Positions 57,412-64,000 of a DNA stretch of 64,000 nt are shown piece by piece; position 1 is the stretch's first letter; each line of letters begins with the position of its first letter. A program made the translations under genes and the position numbers. This DNA comes from Myxococcota bacterium (lineage in GTDB: Bacteria > Myxococcota_A > UBA9160 > SZUA-336), in contig CBDFGR010000002.1 of the NCBI GenBank assembly GCA_965247115.1, forward strand, positions 416,001 to 480,000. Direction: 5' to 3'. The notes below the pieces were generated by a model. The model saw only the letters and a program-made list of their open reading frames with translations, was not told the origin of the DNA and did not search any database.

Positions 57412-59244
57412 TCACTCCCCGATGTACGCTTCGACTCCGCTCTCCAGGGACTCTCCCGCGTCGTCGAACGAGTCGGCCTCGCGCGGTGGATCGTGCTCGA
57501 CCACGAGATCCAGCAGCTTCTCCTCGGTGGGTCCCTCGTCGGCGGGGGCCTCCTCGATCTCCTCGGCAAGCCGGAAGACTTCCTGGATCGTGGTGATGCC
57601 CCGGCGCGCATAGTCGAGCGTGGCGAGGGCAATGGGCCGGAACTCGGACTTGGCCTTGGCCGCTTGCTCGTACTCGTTCTGCTGCCCCTGGCGCAGGGGC
57701 GTGGCCACGGACTCGTCGATCTCCAGCAGCTCGTAGACGCCGAGGCGCCCGCGATAGCCCGTCTGGTTGCAATCACCGCAACCGCGCCCGTGCTGGAAGG
57801 CCTCCTCCCCGCTCGGAGTCTCCATCGCGGAGAGCCAGCCCCGCTCCCGCTCGTCGGGCTGGTACGGCTCGCGGCAGTTGTCGCAGATCTTTCGCACCAG
57901 GCGTTGGGCGATCACCGCGCGCAGTGCAGAGGCGGCCAGGTAGCCCTCGGCCCCCATGTCGACCAACCGCAGCGGCGTCGCGATGGCATCGTTCGTGTGG
58001 AGCGTCGACAGGACCAGGTGACCCGTCATGGCCGCACGCAGACCGGTCTCGGCCGTCTCCTTGTCTCGCATCTCCCCGATCATGATGACATCCGGATCCT
58101 GGCGCAGGGAGGCGCGCAGCACGCGCGCAAAGGTCAGGTTCACCTTGGCGTTCACTTGCACCTGGTTGATGCGTGGAAGTCGGTACTCGACCGGATCCTC
58201 CACGGTGATGATCTTCTTGCCCGGCTCGTTGAGCTCACGCAACGCCACATACAATGTCGTCGTCTTCCCGCTTCCCGTCGGACCCGTGACGAGAACCAGG
58301 CCGTAGGGACGATGAATGAGATCGCGCAGCCGCACTAGCAAATCGTCCGGCAGGCCGAGCTGATCCAGGTTCTCCGTGCCGGTCGACTGGTCCAGCAGGC
58401 GCATGACCACGGCCTCACCGTTCTGAACGGGCAGCGTCGAGACACGGACGTCGATGGCTTTCTCGTTCACCCGCATGTTGAAGCGCCCGTCCTGGGGCAG
58501 GCGCTTCTCGGAGATGTCGAGACTCGACATCAGCTTGATGCGCAGCACCAGGGCGGAGGCGATGCGGGTCTCCTTCATGGTCTGCTCGTGGAGCACGCCG
58601 TCGATCCGCTGACGGATCCGCAGCACGTTCTCGTCCGGCTCGATGTGAATGTCGGAGGCGCCTGCCTGGACCGCATCCTCGAAGACCGACTTGAGCAGCT
58701 TCGCGACCGGAGCCTCCGAGCCCTTCTCGTCCGCGTCGATGTCGACGAGCTCGAGCTGCGACTCGCCGCTGAGCTCCTCGTCGAGCTGCATCGCGAGGCT
58801 CGAGATCTCGTCGGTGCGTCGGTAGAAGCGATCGAGGGTGCGTAGCAGGTCGGCCTCCCGCACCAGTGCCGGCTGGATCGGTCGCTTCAGGATCCTGGAG
58901 AGCTCGTCGAGCGCGAGCAGATCCGTGGGGTCCGCAAGGCCGACCTCGAGATCCTTGTCTGTCTCGCGAATGACGATCGCGTTGAAGCGGCGCGCGTGCT
59001 GCTCGGGAAGCCGCATGACCGTGGGCTGCGAGAGGTCGGCCGCCGACAGATCGACGAATGCGATGTCGAGCTGCCTGGCGAGGAAGTCCAGCAGCTGGGT
59101 CTCTTCGACGTAGCCGAGATCGACCAGGATCTGGCCGAGCCGCATGCCGCGCTTCTTCTGCGCCTGGAGGGCAAGCGTCAGCTGCTCGGCCGTGAGTAGC
59201 CCGTTCTCGACTAGAAGCTCGCCAATCCGCAGCTTGCGCCGCAA
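57412..59244 (-). CDS. mshE: Pilus assembly ATPase with MshEN c-di-GMP-binding domain
   Basis: RIGELL..RLGQIL tandem motif, GPTGSGKTTT, EDPVE, RQDPD, STLHTN. Confidence 0.92.
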   Translation of the reverse strand: MRRKLRIGELLVENGLLTAEQLTLALQAQKKRGMRLGQILVDLGYVEETQLLDFLARQLDIAFVDLSAADLSQPTVMRLPEQHARRFNAIVIRETDKDLEVGLADPTDLLALDELSRILKRPIQPALVREADLLRTLDRFYRRTDEISSLAMQLDEELSGESQLELVDIDADEKGSEAPVAKLLKSVFEDAVQAGASDIHIEPDENVLRIRQRIDGVLHEQTMKETRIASALVLRIKLMSSLDISEKRLPQDGRFNMRVNEKAIDVRVSTLPVQNGEAVVMRLLDQSTGTENLDQLGLPDDLLVRLRDLIHRPYGLVLVTGPTGSGKTTTLYVALRELNEPGKKIITVEDPVEYRLPRINQVQVNAKVNLTFARVLRASLRQDPDVIMIGEMRDKETAETGLRAAMTGHLVLSTLHTNDAIATPLRLVDMGAEGYLAASALRAVIAQRLVRKICDNCREPYQPDERERGWLSAMETPSGEEAFQHGRGCGDCNQTGYRGRLGVYELLEIDESVATPLRQGQQNEYEQAAKAKSEFRPIALATLDYARRGITTIQEVFRLAEEIEEAPADEGPTEEKLLDLVVEHDPPREADSFDDAGESLESGVEAYIGE

Positions 59245-59247
59245 GGC

Positions 59248-61473
59248 CTACCTCCCTCCGGTGCCGAGGGCCGTGATCCTGGACTCGACGTAGCGCCGCG
59301 ACTCCGGGCCGAGGCCTGCGAGTGCCGCGGCGGCCCGGTACGCGAGCAGGGCGCTGCCCGCCGCATCCTCACCCTCCAGCGAGATCCCGAAGCCCATCCA
59401 CCAGGCCGCGTTCTGCGGCTGGGCTCCCAGCACCCGCCGGTACAGATCGGCTGCCAGGCCGTGCTCGCCCATCCTCTGATGCAGCGCCGCGATCAGCGCG
59501 TGATACTCGGGGTCCTGCGACAGCGGCGGCGACGCGCGCCCCAGAATCTCGAGCGCCTCCGCTGGGGTGCCGCGCTGGCTCAGGATCCGAGCCCGGAGCT
59601 TTGCAAAGCCCGGACGGGTGGGCGCCAGCACCATCCCCGTTTCGAGCTCGCCCACGGCCTCGTCGACCCGCCCGAGCCGGATCAACAGGCCCGCCCGAGC
59701 CTCGCGCGCGCGATGGTGATCGGGGTCGCGCTCGAGCAGCTGGCCGAGAGCTTCCGCAGCGGCCACCTCATCCCCATCCCTGGCAAGACGCAGCGCGCGT
59801 CCGTACGCCTGATTCTCCGCTTCGCCCGCCTCCGGCATGTGGCGAGTCTTGCCAAACCGGCCCTTCCGTGAGCGCGCCGACCGGGGAGACTTCGCCTGCC
59901 GGGCCGGTGTGCGGGGCGGTTTCGATTCCGCTCGTGAGCGTCTGGCGCGCTCCGAGCCAGGCGAAGGAGCTGCTGAAACAGGCGCAGCCGTCCGCTGCTC
60001 GACCAGGCGCGCGGGCCGAGATCGGGGGCCGAGCGGATTGACACTCTCCGGTGTCGACTTGCGGGACGTCGGCAGAGGGCGGGCAGCTGGTGGCTCGGTC
60101 GGGGAGTCCTCGGCGAGGGGACTGCGCTTAGAGACCGCGGGGAGCTCAAACGGCGAGTCCTCGACGAGTGACGTCAACGCGTCAGCCAGGAGCCGCTCCC
60201 CGACTTGCGGGGACATCCGCGCTTGCTCTTCGCTCGGGCCCTGCAGGAGACCTCTTCCCAGGGGGACGGCAACGAGCAGAGCCGCGAGCGGGACGGCGGC
60301 CCACTTTGCGACTCGCTGGAAACGCCGCTTCGGCCCCAGGCTTGGCAGCGCGAGTCGTACTGGACGCCGAGATGGGAGGCTCGCATGAATGCGCAGCAGC
60401 GCCCGGCAGCCGGCTTGCCAGAGCGCGGCTCCCGCTCGCGTGAGCTGCCGGGCCGCCGTGTACGAGCCCTGCTGCAGTGCCAGCCTGGCTGGCGCCGTCA
60501 TCGCGATCCGGGTTGCCCCATCGGCTTCCAGCGCCGAGATCCGCACGTGGCGCCGCTGCACCTCGTCGTCCCCGCCCGCGCAGGCTTGCGTCAACGAGCC
60601 ATGGCAGACCACGTTCACGAGTCGGGGCACACCGCCCGTCGCCTCGAGAACCGCGTCGAGGGCACAGCCGCTGAAGAGGGTCGGGTTCTTAGACCCTGCG
60701 TGTGCCAGTCGACCGGAGACGTAGCTCTCCAGCTCTACACGCTCGAGCGTTCCGAGCTCGAACGAATACGTGAGGCGCTGCCCGAGGCTGGAGGCGGGCG
60801 GGACGATGAGCCGGGCGTGCAGCTCCGGGAGTCCGAGCAGCACGATCTGAACGCGGTGGGACGGCTCCGGCTCCAGGTCCGCGAGCAGCTGCAGCGCCTC
60901 CAAGCTGCGGGTGCAAAGGCAGTGGGCATCATCGATCAGGACGACAAGGCGCCGACCCTCCTCGGCCAGATCGAGCACGCGGCGGGAGATGCTGCGAAGC
61001 ACTCGGGTCGGCGCCTCGGTCCGCTCGCTCTGCTGCTGCGCTGCGGAGCCGAGCAGCTCTGCCGCCCGTCCCACGACACCCGCGAGCAGGGACGTGAACG
61101 GCGCTCGCTCGAGCACGGCGCCGAGCAGCCCCGGGAGCGCTCCGGACAGCAGCGGAGGGTCTTGCGCGTTCTCGGACGTCCGGGACTCCTCGATGGCGTC
61201 GCGCAGCGCGCCGAGCAGGTCAGACGAGCCGAGCGACGCACCGGAGAGCTCCAGCACGACAGCCTCGTCAGAGAGCTGCTCCGTCAGCCTGCGGCTGAGG
61301 ACCGTCTTGCCGGTCCCGGCGTCTCCGATGATTGCGACGAGGCTCTCACCGCTGCGAAGAAGGGCCGGCAGCGCGTCCAGAATCTGGCGGCGCACACCCG
61401 TGGCGCAGAAGAACCCGGGCGCCGGAACCAGTCGGAACGGCAGCTCGTTCAGTCCGAAGTGCTGCAGGTACAT
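59248..61473 (-). CDS. ExeA/MshM-like AAA ATPase fused to an MshN-like TPR domain
   Basis: MYLQHFGLNELPF, GDAGTGKT, LGLPEL, GGVPRLVN; low-complexity linker; C-terminal TPRs with WWMGFG. Confidence 0.8.
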   Translation of the reverse strand: MYLQHFGLNELPFRLVPAPGFFCATGVRRQILDALPALLRSGESLVAIIGDAGTGKTVLSRRLTEQLSDEAVVLELSGASLGSSDLLGALRDAIEESRTSENAQDPPLLSGALPGLLGAVLERAPFTSLLAGVVGRAAELLGSAAQQQSERTEAPTRVLRSISRRVLDLAEEGRRLVVLIDDAHCLCTRSLEALQLLADLEPEPSHRVQIVLLGLPELHARLIVPPASSLGQRLTYSFELGTLERVELESYVSGRLAHAGSKNPTLFSGCALDAVLEATGGVPRLVNVVCHGSLTQACAGGDDEVQRRHVRISALEADGATRIAMTAPARLALQQGSYTAARQLTRAGAALWQAGCRALLRIHASLPSRRPVRLALPSLGPKRRFQRVAKWAAVPLAALLVAVPLGRGLLQGPSEEQARMSPQVGERLLADALTSLVEDSPFELPAVSKRSPLAEDSPTEPPAARPLPTSRKSTPESVNPLGPRSRPARLVEQRTAAPVSAAPSPGSERARRSRAESKPPRTPARQAKSPRSARSRKGRFGKTRHMPEAGEAENQAYGRALRLARDGDEVAAAEALGQLLERDPDHHRAREARAGLLIRLGRVDEAVGELETGMVLAPTRPGFAKLRARILSQRGTPAEALEILGRASPPLSQDPEYHALIAALHQRMGEHGLAADLYRRVLGAQPQNAAWWMGFGISLEGEDAAGSALLAYRAAAALAGLGPESRRYVESRITALGTGGR

Positions 61474-61487
61474 CGCCTCCTCCCGCC

Positions 61488-63173
61488 TCAGTTCACCGGC
61501 TCGGGCAGTCGAGAGCGCTCCATGCTCTCAACCCGGTCGCGCGTGTCCTCGAGCTGTTGGCGCCAGGTGTCGGGGCCGACCGCGATCGCGCGGAGCAAGA
61601 TGACGAGCTCGTTCTTGCGTTTTACATCTCGCTGGTGACGGAACAGGCTGCCCAGTAGCGGGATCCGATCCAGGCCAGGGGATCCTGCCCACTCCTCGAC
61701 GGTTATTTCCTGCATCAGACCGCCGATCGCGATCACCTGCCCGCTGCGCACCCGAACGACGCTGTCCGACTCGCGAATCGTGCTGAGGGCGAGCGGCAGC
61801 TGCTGCGTCGTGCCCGAGATCGTGATCGTCTTGGTCTGATCGGTGACCTCGCTGATCGACGGATGCACGTGCAGGATGATCTCTCCGTTCTGGCTGATCT
61901 GAGGCGTCACGTCGAGGGCGATCCCCGAGAAAAAGGGTGTCAACTCGATCTCCGGCGTGGTTGTCGTCGCCGTTCCCGTGACAGTGGTACTCGAGACCTC
62001 CGTCACGAAGAACTCGTCCTGGCCCACCTTGATCACGGCCTTCTGGTTGTTGAGCGTCGAGATCCTGGGGCTGGACAGAGTTCGAACGCTTCCCTGCGTC
62101 TCGAGGAGCTCGATGAAGGAGAGAAAGTCGTCAGAGCGGATCGTGATGGAGAACACCCCACCAAACGCGCTGAGCTCGGTTCCTTCCGGCGGTACTGGCG
62201 GGCCCGCGGGGTCGAGCAGCCCAGCGTTCCCCGCGATCCCGGACAACCCACTCGCCAGCGCGGTTCCCCCGCCCGTCTGGGCAGTGAGTACCGTGGTCGA
62301 GTTGCTCAGCTCGTGCAGGTGAGCCCAGTTGATGCCGGACTGGAACCCGTCGGTGAGCGTGACCTCCAGGATCTTCGCCTCCAGAACGACCTGGCGCCGG
62401 AGGTTGACCTGCGCCTGCTCGAGGAAGCTCGCTACTTCGCGAAGCTCCGCAGGCATGGCACGCACCATGATCAGGCTCGCCTGGGGAATTGCCGTGACCG
62501 AGCGCCCTTCATCCTGGCCGATGATACTGGTGAGGCTCGAGGTGATGTCCTGCCAGAAGTTGACACTCCCGGTCGTCGAGATGCGGCTGCCCGTCTCTCC
62601 GGTGGTTTCGCTGACGGTGCCTGAGCTCACCGTCGTCTGCGTCCCGCCCTCCCGGGCAACGTCCAGGTAGTTCACCTCGAAGATCCGCGTCTGAAGGCCA
62701 CCCGGCAACACGTGATAGCCGTAGGACGTCCTGCGGAACTGGTAGCCATAGACGTCGCGCACTGCCTCCATCGCCTCCTGAATGGTGACGTCCTTGAGGG
62801 CAAGCGAGATCTGACCGTCCACCGCGGGATCGATCACCACGTTGTAGGGCGTGTCCTCGACCAGGTTCATGAAGAACTGCCGCGCGTCGGCCTCGTCCAC
62901 AGTCACGTCGTAGCGACGCTCGTCGTCCGGCACCGCACCGGGGCGGCTCAATCGTATTGGCGGCAGGAGCGCCTCGCTGACGGCCTCGGGGAGCGCGCGG
63001 CCGGGCGCCGCGGGTACGCGCGCGGTCTGGTCCAGGCTCTCCTGCATGATGGCGGTTGCCGGGAGCTCTGGCGGCTCGGTCGGCCCGGGCGCGGGGCCAA
63101 GAAACTGGCAGCCACTCGAGAGCGAGACGGTCAGCACCGCCGCGAGCAGGCCTGGTGTGGAGCGCCTACTCAT
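61488..63173 (-). CDS. mshL: MSHA secretin
   Basis: Lipoprotein-like signal, RQVVLEAKILEV, NNQKAVIKVG, PFFSGIALDVTPQI, ELVILL. Confidence 0.92.
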   Translation of the reverse strand: MSRRSTPGLLAAVLTVSLSSGCQFLGPAPGPTEPPELPATAIMQESLDQTARVPAAPGRALPEAVSEALLPPIRLSRPGAVPDDERRYDVTVDEADARQFFMNLVEDTPYNVVIDPAVDGQISLALKDVTIQEAMEAVRDVYGYQFRRTSYGYHVLPGGLQTRIFEVNYLDVAREGGTQTTVSSGTVSETTGETGSRISTTGSVNFWQDITSSLTSIIGQDEGRSVTAIPQASLIMVRAMPAELREVASFLEQAQVNLRRQVVLEAKILEVTLTDGFQSGINWAHLHELSNSTTVLTAQTGGGTALASGLSGIAGNAGLLDPAGPPVPPEGTELSAFGGVFSITIRSDDFLSFIELLETQGSVRTLSSPRISTLNNQKAVIKVGQDEFFVTEVSSTTVTGTATTTTPEIELTPFFSGIALDVTPQISQNGEIILHVHPSISEVTDQTKTITISGTTQQLPLALSTIRESDSVVRVRSGQVIAIGGLMQEITVEEWAGSPGLDRIPLLGSLFRHQRDVKRKNELVILLRAIAVGPDTWRQQLEDTRDRVESMERSRLPEPVN

Positions 63174-63897
63174 CGAGAGCCCGCACCGCAGCATCGGAAG
63201 CCGGGACGGCCTCCATCCCCGATTCGACCTCGGTACCCTGCTCGGTCTCGAGACCCGGTTCGGCCACGGCATCGTGGTCGACGTCGAGATCAGACTCTCC
63301 CTGTGCTGACAACTCTCCGGCCGCTGACGACTCTCCGGTGTCAGGCACGGTCTCCGCACCGTCCTCGAGCTCAATGGCGGACTCGAGCTCCACTCCCGGC
63401 TCGACCCCGCCTCCAGGCTCGGCGCCTGTGTCGAGCTGGGCCTCGGCCGTCGGCTCGGCCAAGAGGTCCGAGTCCGCTTTGATACTCGGCCCGAAGCTCG
63501 CGGCAAGCTCCGGCAGCGACCCCGGCTCCACCTTCACGGGGAGGGCGTAGAAGCGGAGCTCGTAGGGACCCGAGATCCCCCTGAGAGTCACCCTCGCGGG
63601 GTCGATCTTGACCACCCTCGCGCCAGCGACGAAGTCACCTTCCTCGACTCTCTGGCCGTCGATCGCCGCAAAGCTCGCGCCGGGCGCGACGACGGTCGTG
63701 GTCAGCCGGTTGGCCGAGGTGGGCGCGCCCTGGCCTCCACCGGAGAGCGTCGGCGCGTCGCCCGTGCCACCCGTGAAGCTCGGGGGGCGTGTCGGATCAC
63801 TCTGGATCGCCACCTTGGGAACAGTGGCGCCGAGCGCAAAGACGCTGGCCATGCTCAGCACGAGCACTGGCGCGCGCCGCTGTCGCGGCTCAGACAC
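63166..63897 (-). CDS. mshK: MshK-like protein with acidic C-terminal extension
   Basis: DPTRPP, AAIDGQRVEEGD; lies between mshJ and mshL. Confidence 0.75.
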   Translation of the reverse strand: MSEPRQRRAPVLVLSMASVFALGATVPKVAIQSDPTRPPSFTGGTGDAPTLSGGGQGAPTSANRLTTTVVAPGASFAAIDGQRVEEGDFVAGARVVKIDPARVTLRGISGPYELRFYALPVKVEPGSLPELAASFGPSIKADSDLLAEPTAEAQLDTGAEPGGGVEPGVELESAIELEDGAETVPDTGESSAAGELSAQGESDLDVDHDAVAEPGLETEQGTEVESGMEAVPASDAAVRALDE

Positions 63898-64000
63898 CGA
63901 CCACTCCTTCCTGCGTGGAGAGCGACCGGAGCGTGAGCGTGACGCGCGCAGTGGGATATTCGACGACCTCGTAGTCGAGGGTCTCCCAGTAGAAGCGGCG
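63890..64000 (-). CDS. mshJ: 3' end of MshJ (partial)
   Basis: RRFYWETLDYEVVEYPTARVTLTLRSLSTQEGVVGV*. Confidence 0.75.
   Translation of the reverse strand, partial: RRFYWETLDYEVVEYPTARVTLTLRSLSTQEGVVGV

Overview
High-GC (roughly 70% by eye) bacterial chromosomal window. The gene content (cytochrome c maturation system I, sigma54 activator, Ser/Thr kinases with FHA, F420-type LLM enzyme) suggests a Myxococcota/deltaproteobacteria-like organism; this is inference only. Most of it is housekeeping and envelope genes: ccmBCD, hisG, plsB, ffh, leuA, vapBC, htpX, pspA, arfB, hemH, nth, mlaFEDAC, xseAB, dusB and two helicases. The right end holds a c-di-GMP module next to an MSHA-type type IVa pilus operon (mshJ to mshP). 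One complete IS5-family element interrupts a kinase-like gene. The most notable unexplained signals are non-coding. (1) A ~470 nt, almost fully foldable region whose last helix covers the ribosome-binding site of a Cys4 hypothetical protein, followed by a 33-bp hairpin. (2) A ~93 bp intergenic repeat with 8 full copies and compensatory stem changes. (3) A perfect CRP box, a 40-aa membrane sORF and a terminator forming a small unit. (4) Tandem arrays built from the stop-codon ends of genes. Several short-indel frameshifts may be assembly errors. All structures were folded by eye and no database searches were run.
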